Notes: generated from the sequence alone by a model not told the origin. A DNA stretch of 64,000 nt from Candidatus Saccharibacteria bacterium CPR2 (GCA_021404905.1 QWHN01000001.1:325275-389274), one strand, 5' to 3'; positions 28,959 to 40,410 are shown, numbered from the stretch's first letter. Translations and numbers: made by a program.

Positions 28959-30029
28959 ATGGCAAAAAAAACTGACACTGGTAGTGTAACTATGGAGAAA
29001 TTGTTAAACGACCATCCTGTTAAGCAGCTTGTTACAGGTGATCTTGTTGAGGGTGTAGTTACCAAAGAGGAAAAACACGAAGTTTGGGTAGATCTAGGAC
29101 CCTATGGTATGGGTTTGGTCATACGGAGAGAAATTGGATTTTCGCATGAGTTGAAAGTGGGTGATTCGGTTACGGCTTGTGTGTTAGATCCAGAGATAGA
29201 AGGCGGGTATGTGCTGCTTAGTTTAAGAAAGGCTGTCAAAGATCGTGGCTGGGACGAATTAAAAAGTATTCATGAATCTGGAGACACGATAGAGATTAAA
29301 CCTTATGATGCTAATCGTGGGGGCTTGCTGGTGGAGTTGGAAGGCATAAGAGGATTCTTGCCTGTATCACAACTTTCCGCAGAGCACTACCCAAGAGTTG
29401 TTGGCGCCGATAAAGACGAAATCCTGCAAAGGCTTAATCAGCTGATAAAACAGCCTATAAGAGCACGAATTTTAGATATAGACAGAAAACAAAATAAACT
29501 TATATTTTCCGAGAAAGAAGCTGTCAGGGAAGACATGCAAAAGAAATTCAAGGAAATGGCTATCGGTGATACTGTTAAGGGAACAGTTACTGGCGTAGTA
29601 GATTTTGGCGCCTTCGTTAATGTTGATGGCATAGAAGGGTTGATTCATATTTCAGAGATATCGTGGGATCGCGTAGAGAATCCGAGCGATTACATTAAGG
29701 CTGGTCAAGACGTTGAAGCAAAAATAATCGCTATCGATAAAGACAGATTGTCGCTATCCCTCAAACAAACCCAAGAAGATCCTTGGATGAAAGAAGTAAA
29801 GCCTTATAAAAAGGGAGATACTGTAGAGGGAACAGTCACGCGCATAACTCCTTTTGGTGCGTTTATACAAATATCACCAGCAGTCGAGGCATTGGTACAT
29901 GTATCGGAACTTGGCGGCGATGAAAGTAATGACCCAGAGAAAATATTTAAATTAAATGAGAAGAAGAAATTCAAGATTCTTGATATCGACAAAGAAGCGC
30001 GAAAAATATCCTTAAGCCTAAAAACATAG
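28959..30029 (+). CDS. rpsA: 30S ribosomal protein S1 (four S1 domains)
   Basis: Repeated S1 motifs (GDLVEGVV, GIRGFLPVSQ, GDTVKGTVTGVVDFGAFV, GDTVEGTVTRITPFGAFI). AAGGAG lies before ATG 28959. Confidence 0.85.
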   Translation: MAKKTDTGSVTMEKLLNDHPVKQLVTGDLVEGVVTKEEKHEVWVDLGPYGMGLVIRREIGFSHELKVGDSVTACVLDPEIEGGYVLLSLRKAVKDRGWDELKSIHESGDTIEIKPYDANRGGLLVELEGIRGFLPVSQLSAEHYPRVVGADKDEILQRLNQLIKQPIRARILDIDRKQNKLIFSEKEAVREDMQKKFKEMAIGDTVKGTVTGVVDFGAFVNVDGIEGLIHISEISWDRVENPSDYIKAGQDVEAKIIAIDKDRLSLSLKQTQEDPWMKEVKPYKKGDTVEGTVTRITPFGAFIQISPAVEALVHVSELGGDESNDPEKIFKLNEKKKFKILDIDKEARKISLSLKT

Positions 30030-30070
30030 ATTAACAAGTTCCAGATAGCTGGAATTAGGGAGGTTGTCCG

Positions 30071-31846
30071 ATGGCAGCAAAGACAATAAAAATGCCGGAT
30101 ACAATTACCGTCGGGGAGCTCGCCGAAAAATTAGAAATACCTGTTACTAAATTAATATCTGAATTGATGAAAATGGGTATATTTGCGACGCTCAATGAGC
30201 GCGTAGACACAGATACTGTAGAAATAATCATTCATGAGCTCAACCTCGATTTTATAATTGAAAAAGAACAAGAAGAAAAATTAGATAAGACAGACAAGAA
30301 ATTAAAAAAGGTTAGCCAAAACGCAACACTCAGACCTCCTATAATTGCTGTTATGGGGCATGTAGATCATGGCAAGACAACTTTACTTGATGCTATTAGG
30401 ACGTCGAAAGTTGCCGAAAAAGAAGCCGGTGGCATAACTCAGCACCTCTCAGCTTATCAGGTCATTCATAATGGGCGTTCGGTGACGTTCTTGGATACAC
30501 CAGGCCATGAAGCGTTTTCGGCCCTTAGAGCGCACGGAGCGCAGCTCACCGATATAGCTATATTAGTAGTCGCAGCCGATGATGGTGTTAAGCCTCAAAC
30601 AAAAGAAGCAGCTGAATTTATAAAAAAAGCTGGGGTAAAAATAATTACAGCGATAAATAAAATCGATGCGCCAGGTGCAAACCCAAACCTTGTTAAGCAA
30701 CAACTGTCTGAAATCGGCTTGATGCCCGAAGAGTGGGGCGGTGAAGTTGTTACTGTAGAGGTATCTGCGAAAACAAAAGACGGAATAGATAAGTTGCTTG
30801 ACATGGTATTGTTAACTGCTGATATTGAGGAATTGAAAGCTGATATCAATGTACCTTCTGATGGTGTTGTTATTGAGTCTCATATAGAGAAGGGTAAAGG
30901 GCCAGTTGTTACCGTGTTAGTCCAAAGCGGCAAGTTAAGGCAGGGTGATTACGTAGTTGCCGGGGAGACATACGGCAAAATACGGACCCTGACAGATTAT
31001 AAAAACGAGACAATTAAAGAAGCTCTTCCATCAACCCCAGCTGTTATTACTGGTTTTAAAACAATACCTCATTTTGGAGAGGAATTCATTCAGACAGAGA
31101 ACGAAAAAGAAGCTCGGCGAATTTCAAGTAAGAACACAGGGGTAAAGCATGACGCCACAGTATCTAGTATGTCTAGTAGTGACTTACTTGGTTTAATTAC
31201 CAAAAAAAGAGAACTCAAAGAATTTCCTGTTGTTGTTAAGGCTGATGTTCAGGGTTCGGTTAAATCAGTTATAGATTCCCTTGAATCATTATCAAATGAC
31301 GAAGTTGCAATTCGGGTTATTGCTTCTGGTGTGGGTAATATAAAAGAGAGCGACATTAGGATCGCCTCAGCTAGCGGAGCAAAGATTTATGGTTTTAATG
31401 TCATAGTACCGGCTCCAATACGCAAAACGGCAGAGAGGGAAAACGTTAGCGCGAAAGTTTTTAATATAATTTATGAACTTATAGATGATGCAAAAAAAAG
31501 CCTTACCGACCTACTAGAGCCAGAGGTGGTTGAAACTAAAGTAGGAAGGCTCAAGATAAAGGGAGTATTTAGGACCTCGAAAGATATGATCATATGCGGC
31601 GGTGAGGTTATTGAAGGTAAAATAACCAAAGGAATACGAGCCAGGATATTTCGCAAAAAAGACATACTCGGTGAAGTAGAAGTCGATTCCGTACAAAAAC
31701 AAACCCAAGAGGTCAAGGAAGTAGTAGAGGGCGAAATGTGCGGGCTCAAACTTGCAACGCAATCAAAAATTATTCTAGAAGAAAATGATGAACTTGAATT
31801 TTTTACAAGAGAAATAAAACAGCGTAAGCTTGAAAGTGTAAAATAG
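30071..31846 (+). CDS. infB: Translation initiation factor IF-2
   Basis: [25 protein letters not shown]-domain motifs. GGGAGG Shine-Dalgarno. Confidence 0.97.
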   Translation: MAAKTIKMPDTITVGELAEKLEIPVTKLISELMKMGIFATLNERVDTDTVEIIIHELNLDFIIEKEQEEKLDKTDKKLKKVSQNATLRPPIIAVMGHVDHGKTTLLDAIRTSKVAEKEAGGITQHLSAYQVIHNGRSVTFLDTPGHEAFSALRAHGAQLTDIAILVVAADDGVKPQTKEAAEFIKKAGVKIITAINKIDAPGANPNLVKQQLSEIGLMPEEWGGEVVTVEVSAKTKDGIDKLLDMVLLTADIEELKADINVPSDGVVIESHIEKGKGPVVTVLVQSGKLRQGDYVVAGETYGKIRTLTDYKNETIKEALPSTPAVITGFKTIPHFGEEFIQTENEKEARRISSKNTGVKHDATVSSMSSSDLLGLITKKRELKEFPVVVKADVQGSVKSVIDSLESLSNDEVAIRVIASGVGNIKESDIRIASASGAKIYGFNVIVPAPIRKTAERENVSAKVFNIIYELIDDAKKSLTDLLEPEVVETKVGRLKIKGVFRTSKDMIICGGEVIEGKITKGIRARIFRKKDILGEVEVDSVQKQTQEVKEVVEGEMCGLKLATQSKIILEENDELEFFTREIKQRKLESVK

Positions 31847-31876
31847 TTTTTAACTTGCGAAAGGATAGTTAAGGTA

Positions 31877-32206
31877 ATGCTAAGGATTGATGAAAATTTG
31901 CTAGACGAACTCGGTTTGGTTAGTTTGCCAAAAGAGGATAAAAGAGAGTTGCTGGGGCAACTTTATGAAACCCTGCAACTTAGAGTTGGCATGAAACTAG
32001 CTGAACAAATGAGTGATACGCAGCTTGAAGAATTTGATAATATCACTAAGAACCAACGAGATGAAAAAGTTGCCTTGCAGTGGCTGGAGACAAATCTGCC
32101 AAACTATAAACAAGTAGTTTATCAGGAACTTGAACGGCTTAAAGAAGAAATAAAAAAAGATGCCGATAAAATAGTTCAAGCCGTTAAAGAACAACGAGAA
32201 CAATAG
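31877..32206 (+). CDS. Hypothetical helical acidic protein
   Basis: 109-aa ORF immediately after infB. No motif recognised. Confidence 0.5.
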   Translation: MLRIDENLLDELGLVSLPKEDKRELLGQLYETLQLRVGMKLAEQMSDTQLEEFDNITKNQRDEKVALQWLETNLPNYKQVVYQELERLKEEIKKDADKIVQAVKEQREQ

Positions 32207-32208
32207 TT

Positions 32209-33135
32209 TTACTTTAAATAACCTCTAATAAATTCGGCTGAAGTCATTTCATTACGCCCAAATGGCTTGATGCGTTGCACCCAAACTGATCCGTCTGATG
32301 TACTTATAGACAATGCATTTATCTGTGGAACAATAGTGATCTCACCTGCTTTTACCCCAGGCTCTTTGCTCGGTACCGCGTATGCTTTTGTAATAATTAC
32401 ATCAACATTATTAATCTTTGTGTAACTTCCTGGCCAGCCAAGATATGCTCTGATTTGGCGTTCTATGTCTATACACGATCTATTCCAATTAATTTTTCCG
32501 TCGCGCTTATGTATTAAGGTAGTGTAGGTAGCTTTATCATGATTTTGTTCTTTAGGCTTGATCTGACCATTATTGATTAAAGGTAGAGATTTTAACAACA
32601 ATTCTGTTCCTTTTTTCGCTAGAATCTCATATAAAGCAGGTTTAGTTTCGTCTTTCTTTAGTTCGATAGTTTCTTGAGCATATATTGGCCCGGCATCCAT
32701 TTTGTTTGTAATTTTCATTATGCTAACCCCAGTTTTTTTGTCTCCGTTTAATATAACTGACTCAATGGGCGAAGGTCCGCGGTACTTCGGCAACAATGAT
32801 GGGTGTATGTTAATAATACCCTTGCTAAATTTATTGATTGTATTCTCTGAAATGATTTTTCCAAATGAAGACAAAACGGCAAGATTTGAATGTAAATTAG
32901 CTATTTCATTTTCAAATTTTTCGGTATCTGTAAATTCAATCACAGGTATTTTGTATTTCTGAGCCATTTGTTTAACCGGATTTTCGCGAATTTTTTTGCC
33001 ACGACCAGCTTGTTTATCTGGTTTAGTTACTACGCACTCAATATCCCACTTTGCTTTGATCAACCCGCTAAGCGCGAATGTGCTAAAGTTCTCAGTTCCA
33101 AAGAATATCAGACTTGATGATCTCATTATGATCAA
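32209..33135 (-). CDS. fmt: Methionyl-tRNA formyltransferase
   Basis: IFFGTENFS..., INIHPSLLPKYRGPSPI. Conserved def-fmt pairing. Confidence 0.93.
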   Translation of the reverse strand: MIIMRSSSLIFFGTENFSTFALSGLIKAKWDIECVVTKPDKQAGRGKKIRENPVKQMAQKYKIPVIEFTDTEKFENEIANLHSNLAVLSSFGKIISENTINKFSKGIINIHPSLLPKYRGPSPIESVILNGDKKTGVSIMKITNKMDAGPIYAQETIELKKDETKPALYEILAKKGTELLLKSLPLINNGQIKPKEQNHDKATYTTLIHKRDGKINWNRSCIDIERQIRAYLGWPGSYTKINNVDVIITKAYAVPSKEPGVKAGEITIVPQINALSISTSDGSVWVQRIKPFGRNEMTSAEFIRGYLK

Positions 33136-33661
33136 CCTTTATTAGTTCGCCTTCTGGTGAGAGTTGGTAAAAAGCATCGCGATCTTTGATGTGGTCAATG
33201 AATACGATACCGTTTAGGTGGTCTATCTCGTGCTGAAAAATTCTGGCTAAAAATCCTTCAGCTGTTAGTCTTACTTTCTTACCGTCCAAAGTACTTGCCT
33301 CGACTTTTACCTTTGGATAGCGGGGTACTTTGCCGTATAAATCACACACGCTTAAACACCCTTCAAAATCCTCTACTGGTTCTCCTAACTTTTTTACAAT
33401 AGAAGGATTTATTAAAGCTGTGAAACCCTTATCGTCTTTATTCTCTAAGTTATCTCTTACGATTATTGCTCTTTCTAAAACATCAATCTGGGGTGCTGCT
33501 AAAGCTACACCTATCTCGTGGTTTCTATGGTCTTCCCAGTCTATGGTGGCGCTCTTCATGTTTTCTATTAATTTATGAAGATGATTATTAAACTCAAAAA
33601 CCTTCTTAGAGCGCTGCCTTAAATGTTTATTTGGTAGCGTTATAATGTTATCTCTGTTCAT
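33092..33661 (-). CDS. def: Peptide deformylase
   Basis: GVALAAPQI, EGCLS and HEIDHLNG motifs. Confidence 0.95.
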   Translation of the reverse strand: MNRDNIITLPNKHLRQRSKKVFEFNNHLHKLIENMKSATIDWEDHRNHEIGVALAAPQIDVLERAIIVRDNLENKDDKGFTALINPSIVKKLGEPVEDFEGCLSVCDLYGKVPRYPKVKVEASTLDGKKVRLTAEGFLARIFQHEIDHLNGIVFIDHIKDRDAFYQLSPEGELIKVDHNEIIKSDILWN

Positions 33662-33694
33662 TTATCATCCAGTATATATCAATTTGAGCTAACT

Positions 33695-35638
33695 TTATAA
33701 GAGATTTATGGGGTCTAAGTCCACTATCCATTTAGGGTTTATTTTAGCGATGATGTCAACCAAAGCTTTTCTTTGACTAGATTTAAATACCAATTGCCAT
33801 CTGTATTGGTTATTAATGCGTTCATGGAATGCCGGAACAGGGCCCAATATCTCAATATCTTTAACGTTAACGAGTTGGCTTTTTAGTTTTTCTAGTTCTG
33901 ATTTGGCTTTGTCGGGAGATGCGTATGAGCACGTCACCTTCATTAAATGTTTAAATGGCGGAAAGCGTGAGAACATACGTTGATTGATTTCGTGCTTATA
34001 GAAAGCGTCGTAATCACGTCTGAGAGCGAATTTTATGGCAGGGTTGTCTGGTTGGTATGTTTGCACAATCACTTTATCACTATGCTTATGCCGGCCAACC
34101 CTTCCGATCACCTGATAAAGTAATTGGAATGTTCTTTCTGAAGAAGTAAAGTCTGGCAGATTCATACTTATATCAGGCAGCACTACGCCTACAAGACCAA
34201 GATTGGGAAGATCCAAGCCTTTAGTTATCATCTGTGTTCCAATAATAATCTGGATTTTTCCATTAACTATATCTTTAAACCTCGCATCGACTGTTTCGTG
34301 TTTCTTCGCATCTGAATCAAAGCGAGCAATGGTAACGCCACGAAATAAAGATTTAATGTCCTGCTCAATTTGCTTCGTACCGACACCTTTGAATACAACA
34401 TAAGTTGATTTGCAATTTGAGCATTGGAGAGGTATGGACTCACGATTGCCGCATATGTGGCACAAGGCTTTATTGAAGTCAGAATGTAGCGTATAGGGTA
34501 AGTGGCACCTTGAGCATTTATGTACCCAGCCGCATTCTTGGCATATAGATAAAGTTGCGTTGCCGCGCCTGTTGTAATAGAGAAGTATCTGTTCATTTTT
34601 TTCTAAGGATGCTTCTATTGCCTTCTTTAAGTCTAGTGACAGCCAAAATTTAGAGTTAACCTTTGGTGCCAAGCGCATGTCCACTACTACTGATTTGGGT
34701 AACACAGCGTCCTTCAAGGCAGGTTTTGTAAGTTTTATTATTGGCACATCCTTATCTTGTGCGAATTTAAGTTCTGAAACAGGAGGCGTTGCACTGCCCA
34801 GGATAAGCCTAGCCTTATTAGCTTTAGCAAGTTTAGCTGCTAGTCGAGTTGCATGAAATTTAGGTGTTTGTTCCTGTTTGTAGGCTTGATCATGAAATTC
34901 ATCGACTACAATCAAGCCAATTCTACTTATTGGTGCAAATAAAGCTGATCTGGGCCCAATTAATACTAAAGGGGTTTTGGTGTGAATAACTTTGTGCCAA
35001 ATTTCATCGCGCTCTAACTTGCTCATATTAGAGTGAGTTGTATATACATCGCTAAATTCCTTTAAAAACTCATTTTGTATTTGTGGCGTTAGAGATATCT
35101 CTGGCACTAATATCAATGCGGATTTATTATCTTGAATTGTTCGTTTTGCTAACTCTAAATATATTCGAGTTTTGCCTGATCCTGTAATGCCTCTTAGCAA
35201 GAATGTGCCATGTTTAGATTTTAAAATTGACTTTAGCGCATGAATTTGTTCATCAGTAAGGGGCTGATTTTGAATATTAGTAGCATTGTTTTTCATTTCA
35301 GGAATTGACTTGACCGGTTCAGCTTTTGCTTTAGACGAACCAGGCAGAGCATGGCTGATTAACAGTGGCAGGGGGCAAGCATAATATTCTGCTGCCCAGC
35401 TCAAGGTGCCTAGTAATGCTTTTGGAATAACCAGACCATTTTCAATAGACACAATACTCTTTGTAAAAAAAGCTGGCTTGGTAGTTTCTTCTAGAACTAC
35501 TCCACAAAAGTCACGATTTCCAATCTTGATAGTTGTTAATTGACCAATTTCTAGTCTGGCGTTGCTTTCATATGTAAATATGTGTGGCGGTGGCCCCGCG
35601 ATTTTATTTGGGACAATGTTGTAATAATATTTTTTCAT
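33695..35638 (-). CDS. priA: Primosomal protein N' (replication restart helicase)
   Basis: GITGSGKT, DEFHD, cysteine-rich zinc insert (CQECG...CSRCH...CHICG...CSNC). 647 aa. Confidence 0.93.
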   Translation of the reverse strand: MKKYYYNIVPNKIAGPPPHIFTYESNARLEIGQLTTIKIGNRDFCGVVLEETTKPAFFTKSIVSIENGLVIPKALLGTLSWAAEYYACPLPLLISHALPGSSKAKAEPVKSIPEMKNNATNIQNQPLTDEQIHALKSILKSKHGTFLLRGITGSGKTRIYLELAKRTIQDNKSALILVPEISLTPQIQNEFLKEFSDVYTTHSNMSKLERDEIWHKVIHTKTPLVLIGPRSALFAPISRIGLIVVDEFHDQAYKQEQTPKFHATRLAAKLAKANKARLILGSATPPVSELKFAQDKDVPIIKLTKPALKDAVLPKSVVVDMRLAPKVNSKFWLSLDLKKAIEASLEKNEQILLYYNRRGNATLSICQECGWVHKCSRCHLPYTLHSDFNKALCHICGNRESIPLQCSNCKSTYVVFKGVGTKQIEQDIKSLFRGVTIARFDSDAKKHETVDARFKDIVNGKIQIIIGTQMITKGLDLPNLGLVGVVLPDISMNLPDFTSSERTFQLLYQVIGRVGRHKHSDKVIVQTYQPDNPAIKFALRRDYDAFYKHEINQRMFSRFPPFKHLMKVTCSYASPDKAKSELEKLKSQLVNVKDIEILGPVPAFHERINNQYRWQLVFKSSQRKALVDIIAKINPKWIVDLDPINLL

Positions 35639-35683
35639 AAACTACTTTAATTATAATTGATCGCATTTTGCTAAACTAAACTT

Positions 35684-36340
35684 ATGCGTTATTTCTCTTC
35701 TAGAAAGGAAGCCGGCCAGCTTTTAGCTGAAAGACTGCATGATTATCAGTATGAGAAAACAATTGTCTTGGCTCTATCAGTTGGCGGAGTTTTGGTCGGC
35801 GCTCAAATTGCAAAAAGGCTGCACTGTTTATTAACCATGCTGCTTACCGAAGAAATTGTCATTCCAGGGGAAAATTCTATAGTAGGGACTGTTGATCAAA
35901 GCGGGGGTTTTACATATAACCGCATGTTGAGTGCGGGCGAGCTGGAATACTACACCTCCGAATACCATAGTGTTATAGAAGATGAAAAAAGAGAAAAGTT
36001 TCATGAACTTAACCACATACTGGGGGAGGGCGGTTTGTTGCCCCGTGAAGCTTTGCGGGGACATAACGTGATTTTGGTAGAGGATGCTTCAAAAAATGGA
36101 ATCGCATTTGATACAGCTGCAGACTTTTTAAAATTTATTAAAGTTCAAAAAATAATCTCAGCAGTCCCAGTGGCTTCTATAGGGGCAGTAGATAGGCTGC
36201 ATATAATATCAGACGAAATTCATTGCCTTAGCGTTACGGAGAACTTTTTTGACCCAAATCACTACTATGAAGATAATAACTTGCCAAAAAGAGAAGAAGT
36301 TATAGCAATAATTAATAATATTGTTCAAAATTGGCAATAA
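35684..36340 (+). CDS. Phosphoribosyltransferase family protein
   Basis: MRYFSSRKEAGQLLAERL...VLALSVGGVLVGAQIA and VILVEDASKNG PRPP-loop-like motif. Confidence 0.7.
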   Translation: MRYFSSRKEAGQLLAERLHDYQYEKTIVLALSVGGVLVGAQIAKRLHCLLTMLLTEEIVIPGENSIVGTVDQSGGFTYNRMLSAGELEYYTSEYHSVIEDEKREKFHELNHILGEGGLLPREALRGHNVILVEDASKNGIAFDTAADFLKFIKVQKIISAVPVASIGAVDRLHIISDEIHCLSVTENFFDPNHYYEDNNLPKREEVIAIINNIVQNWQ

Positions 36341-36424
36341 AATAATGTTGTGTATTTTGTATAGTTGGTTGTAAAATTTAATTGAACTGGCAATTTGTTG
36401 TGAATAAAACTATGGGGGTTAAAT

Positions 36425-36709
36425 ATGTTGGATGTGTTTATTACATCTAGAGTCAGAAGAAAAATAATAGTGGTCTATGCTAAATATCCTGACTTCAAAA
36501 CACATGTTAGAGGTTTGGCAAAATTAATTCGTGAAGATCCTGGCAACATTCAACGCGAGCTTCGCAAGCTAGAGAAAGTTGGTTTTTTAGTTTCTGAACG
36601 CAAAGGTAATACAAAAATATATTACACAAATAAACACTTTCCTATTTTTAAAGAACTTCAGAGTATAGTTTTAAAATCTCAAAGAGTACAAAAACAGAAA
36701 AACTCTTAG
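36425..36709 (+). CDS. Winged-helix transcriptional regulator
   Basis: 94 aa; LAKLIREDPGNIQRELRKLEKVGFLVSERKGNTKIY resembles an ArsR/PadR-type wHTH. Confidence 0.6.
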   Translation: MLDVFITSRVRRKIIVVYAKYPDFKTHVRGLAKLIREDPGNIQRELRKLEKVGFLVSERKGNTKIYYTNKHFPIFKELQSIVLKSQRVQKQKNS

Positions 36710-36719
36710 CGAAAAAATT

Positions 36720-38345
36720 GTGAGCTACATGGAACAAGAGATATTTTTGCAAATACTCTCAAAAAGAGGGTATAAAACTAAAAACCAACAGAATCGGTTT
36801 TTAAATCCAGATTATGATAGAGATTGCCATGACCCCTATCTGTTAAGTGGCATGAATCAAGCTGTATCTAGAATTCAAACTGCCTTAAAGAAAAATGAAC
36901 CAATAGTGATCTATGGTGACTATGACGTAGATGGATTATGCGCAAGTTCAATTTTATATGAAGGATTAAGAACTCTTGGGGCAAAAAATATCGAGGTGTA
37001 TATCCCAGATCGTTTTAAAGAAGGATATGGTATAAACAAAAATGCATTAAAAAATCTTGCTCAAAAGAAGTGTGGTTTATTAATAACTGTTGATTGTGGC
37101 ACTAATGCGTTTGAAGAGATTGATTATGCGAACAAGATCGGAATAGACGTTATTATTACCGATCATCATAGCCCCAACAAACCGACACCAAATGCGGTGG
37201 CAGTGATTAACCCTAAGCTAGGCAACAGCAAATATCCCTTTAACGATTTAGCTGGGTGCGGTGTAGCATTTAAACTTATCCAGGCGCTTTTTGAGAAATT
37301 TAAAATTCCTGCAGGATATGAAAAATGGTTGCTTGATCTGGTAGCGATTGGAACTATTTGCGACATTGTTGAACTAAAAGGTGAAAATAGATGTTTAGTC
37401 TACTGGGGAATAGAAGTTTTAAAAAAGGGCATGCGACCTGGCCTTAGAGAGTTAGTGAAGTGCGCAGGTCTTTCCTTGGATGACGTAAATTCCAAATCTA
37501 TTGGGTTCGGCATTGGCCCAAGACTTAATGCGGCTGGAAGAATTGATAGCGCAAATTTAAGTTTTAAATTGTTAACAACAAAAGATCTTGATGAAGCAAA
37601 GCAACTGGCACTTAAACTTGATGAACTAAATTCAAAAAGAAGTAAACTGCAATCTGAGGTATACAGCGACGCTTTGGCTCAATACAAAACTAGATCGGCA
37701 GATCCCTTGGTATTTTTGCATTCCCCCGATTGGCATCAGGGAGTAATTGGAATAGTCGCTTCAAAACTAATGGAGCACTCAAAAAAACCTGTGTTTATAT
37801 TTCAAACTTTTGATAGTGATCAAATAGCCAAGGGTTCTATACGCAGCTATGGTGATTTTAATGTAGCTGAAGCTATAAAATTTGTTGAGAGTTTACTTAT
37901 ATCGGGTGGCGGTCATAAGCATGCCGGTGGCTGTTCCTTGAACGTGCAAAATCTTGATAAAACTAAGAAAGAACTAGAGAAATTTTACTGTTCATTGTCT
38001 TTAAAACAACAAAGTAGATATTTAAATCCGGAAATCGACGTGAAAATAAAAGATTTTAAAGGATTATCAAGTGAGATGTTAAAATTACTACAAAAATTAG
38101 AACCATTTGGCTGTGGGAATAGCGAACCGGTTTTTTACATTAAAAATTATCGAATTTTGAATCAAAAAATGATAGGCTCAAGCAACCAACACCTAAAAGC
38201 TGTGATAGCGGATAATAATAACAACACTTATAGCGCTATAGGGTTTAACAAGAATGAAAACTATTTTAACAATTTCGAACTATGCTTTAAATTTGAAAAC
38301 AATAAATTTAACGGTATGAATATTCCTCAACTAAGGTTAGTCTGA
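36720..38345 (+). CDS. recJ: Single-stranded-DNA-specific exonuclease RecJ
   Basis: DHH motifs (YGDYDVDG, ITVDCG, ITDHH) and DHHA1 GGGHKHAGG. GTG 36720 or ATG 36729 start. Confidence 0.9.
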   Translation: MSYMEQEIFLQILSKRGYKTKNQQNRFLNPDYDRDCHDPYLLSGMNQAVSRIQTALKKNEPIVIYGDYDVDGLCASSILYEGLRTLGAKNIEVYIPDRFKEGYGINKNALKNLAQKKCGLLITVDCGTNAFEEIDYANKIGIDVIITDHHSPNKPTPNAVAVINPKLGNSKYPFNDLAGCGVAFKLIQALFEKFKIPAGYEKWLLDLVAIGTICDIVELKGENRCLVYWGIEVLKKGMRPGLRELVKCAGLSLDDVNSKSIGFGIGPRLNAAGRIDSANLSFKLLTTKDLDEAKQLALKLDELNSKRSKLQSEVYSDALAQYKTRSADPLVFLHSPDWHQGVIGIVASKLMEHSKKPVFIFQTFDSDQIAKGSIRSYGDFNVAEAIKFVESLLISGGGHKHAGGCSLNVQNLDKTKKELEKFYCSLSLKQQSRYLNPEIDVKIKDFKGLSSEMLKLLQKLEPFGCGNSEPVFYIKNYRILNQKMIGSSNQHLKAVIADNNNNTYSAIGFNKNENYFNNFELCFKFENNKFNGMNIPQLRLV

Positions 38346-38407
38346 ATCTATAATTAATTGAGGTATTGCAACTTAGCAACAGATGATGTAAACTCTAGCC
38401 CGTTATT

Positions 38408-38623
38408 ATGTTACAAGTCACAAGAAAAGATCCAAAAGAAGGTTTAGAAAATCTAATTCGTAGATTTAACCGTAAAGTTCAACAATCCGGAGTTTTAGCA
38501 CAAGCTCGGAAAGTTCAGTATTTTGAGAAGCCGATCAGTAAAACTGAGAGAAGACAAAAAGCAATAATCAGGAAAGAACGAAAGATTGAGAAGCTGAAAA
38601 AGATTCGCATGGGCCAAAAATAA
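38408..38623 (+). CDS. rpsU: 30S ribosomal protein S21
   Basis: 71-aa basic protein; ...LIRRFNRKVQQSGVL...YFEKPISKTERRQKA. Confidence 0.9.
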   Translation: MLQVTRKDPKEGLENLIRRFNRKVQQSGVLAQARKVQYFEKPISKTERRQKAIIRKERKIEKLKKIRMGQK

Positions 38624-38625
38624 AT

Positions 38626-39063
38626 ATGCTCAAAGAACGTATTGAATCTGATCTGAAAAAAGCTCTATTGGAACGTAATTTACTCGAGGTGGATGTTTTA
38701 AAAGGTGTAAAAAATACAATTCAGAATGCACAAATTGATAGTAAGAGTAATTTATCTGAAGACGAAATAGTAAAAATATTAAAAAAAGAAGTAAAAAAGA
38801 GGCAGGAAGCTTTTGAAATTTATCTGGGGGCAGGTGAAAAAGATAGAGCAAATAGAGAAAAGGAAGAGATAAAGATAATAAAGAAATATTTACCTCAAGA
38901 AATGTCTGACAAGGCTATTGAGGTAATTGTAGATAAGGTCATTGCAAACAATCAGGAAGTGCCTAACGTTGGGCAGCTAATTGGACTAGCTATGAAAGAA
39001 ATTGGCCAAGGGGCAGATGGCAAAAAAGTAGCCGACTTAGTAAGAGAAAAATTCAAAGGTTAG
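38626..39063 (+). CDS. GatB/YqeY domain protein
   Basis: MLKERIESDLKKALLERN...EIKIIKKYLPQ...; a typical YqeY layout after rpsU. Confidence 0.85.
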   Translation: MLKERIESDLKKALLERNLLEVDVLKGVKNTIQNAQIDSKSNLSEDEIVKILKKEVKKRQEAFEIYLGAGEKDRANREKEEIKIIKKYLPQEMSDKAIEVIVDKVIANNQEVPNVGQLIGLAMKEIGQGADGKKVADLVREKFKG

Positions 39064-39064
39064 C

Positions 39065-39604
39065 ATGATCATACTAATGGGTCCAGCCGGTGCAGGAAAA
39101 AGTGTGCAGGGTAGGTTAATAGCAAAGAAATACGGACTGTATTGGCTATCTGTCGGGAATATCTTGCGATCATGCGGGAATGAGTCTGTTATGAGCATTA
39201 TGGAAAAAGGAATGTTGGTTAACGATGAACTTGTGGAGAAATACCTGGAAGAGGAATTAAATAAACATAAAAATCCAGAGAAACTTATTCTTGATGGTTT
39301 TCCTCGAAATCTGCATCAAGTAAAGTGGTTAACTGACTACATATTTAAACGAGAAATTAAGTCGCTGAGGATTGTTCAAATCAATATAGATGCAAAAACG
39401 AAGAATGAGCGTTTGATAAAAAGAGGCAGACTAGATGATACCGTCAGCGCTATCTCTAAAAGGCAAAAGGAATATGAAGAATTAACAATTCCTCTTATAG
39501 AGAACTTCAAAAATAATAGATTTAGTATTTTTGAAGTTGATGGCGTTGGCACAATTGAGGAAGTTAACAATAGAATTACAAAAGCTCTGGGATTATCGAG
39601 CTAA
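39065..39604 (+). CDS. adk: Adenylate kinase family protein (short-lid)
   Basis: P-loop GPAGAGKS, LILDGFPRN motif. Lies directly upstream of map. Confidence 0.75.
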   Translation: MIILMGPAGAGKSVQGRLIAKKYGLYWLSVGNILRSCGNESVMSIMEKGMLVNDELVEKYLEEELNKHKNPEKLILDGFPRNLHQVKWLTDYIFKREIKSLRIVQINIDAKTKNERLIKRGRLDDTVSAISKRQKEYEELTIPLIENFKNNRFSIFEVDGVGTIEEVNNRITKALGLSS

Positions 39605-39606
39605 AT

Positions 39607-40359
39607 ATGTATACGAAAATTAAAACTGAAGAAGAAATACAAAAAATGAGAATTAGCGGCAAGATGCTGGCTAATGTATTGAAGGTAATCTCAAATGCAG
39701 TAGAGCCTGGAATATCTGAGCTAGATATCTCAGAATTGGCTAAAAAAGAATTACGTTCTTTAGGCGGAAAGCCGGCATTTTTAGGCTATATGGGGTTCCC
39801 TGATGTAATTTGTATATCTGTGAACGAAGAAGTCGTGCATGGCATTCCTAAAAATCGCGAGCTAAACGACGGAGATATTGTAGGGTTGGACTTCGGCGTT
39901 AATTATGAGGGAATGATAACAGATAGCGCCAAAACAATTATAGTTGGCAAACAAGAAGACAAGATCAAAGAAAAATTAATCCTAGGGACGAATGAAGCGC
40001 TATTTTCAGGGATTGATGTGTTACATCATGGGGTGCGTGTTGGGGATATAAGTGCGGCGATAGAGCAAAAACTAAAATCGTATGGTTTTGGGATAGTTAG
40101 AAATTTAGTCGGACATGGTGTAGGTCACAATGTGCATGAAGAACCGAATATACCCAACTACGGTATTAAGGGTACAGGTGATGTTTTAAAGGCGGGTATG
40201 ACTATAGCTATAGAACCAATGACAACTCTAGGCAAGGAAGATGTTTTAGTTAAGGAAGACGGTTGGACTGTTGTCACTAAAGACGGTTCATTATCGGCTC
40301 ACTTCGAGCATACTGTACTGATAACTAATAACGGATTTGAAATATTAACAGAGGAATAG
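39607..40359 (+). CDS. map: Type I methionine aminopeptidase
   Basis: VVHGIP, GDIVGLDFG, GHGVGHNVHEEP and EHTVLIT motifs. Confidence 0.94.
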   Translation: MYTKIKTEEEIQKMRISGKMLANVLKVISNAVEPGISELDISELAKKELRSLGGKPAFLGYMGFPDVICISVNEEVVHGIPKNRELNDGDIVGLDFGVNYEGMITDSAKTIIVGKQEDKIKEKLILGTNEALFSGIDVLHHGVRVGDISAAIEQKLKSYGFGIVRNLVGHGVGHNVHEEPNIPNYGIKGTGDVLKAGMTIAIEPMTTLGKEDVLVKEDGWTVVTKDGSLSAHFEHTVLITNNGFEILTEE

Positions 40360-40410
40360 TCTGAAAACAATTCTTGCTCATTTTAGAGAATAAGCGTTAT
40401 ACTTTGTTAC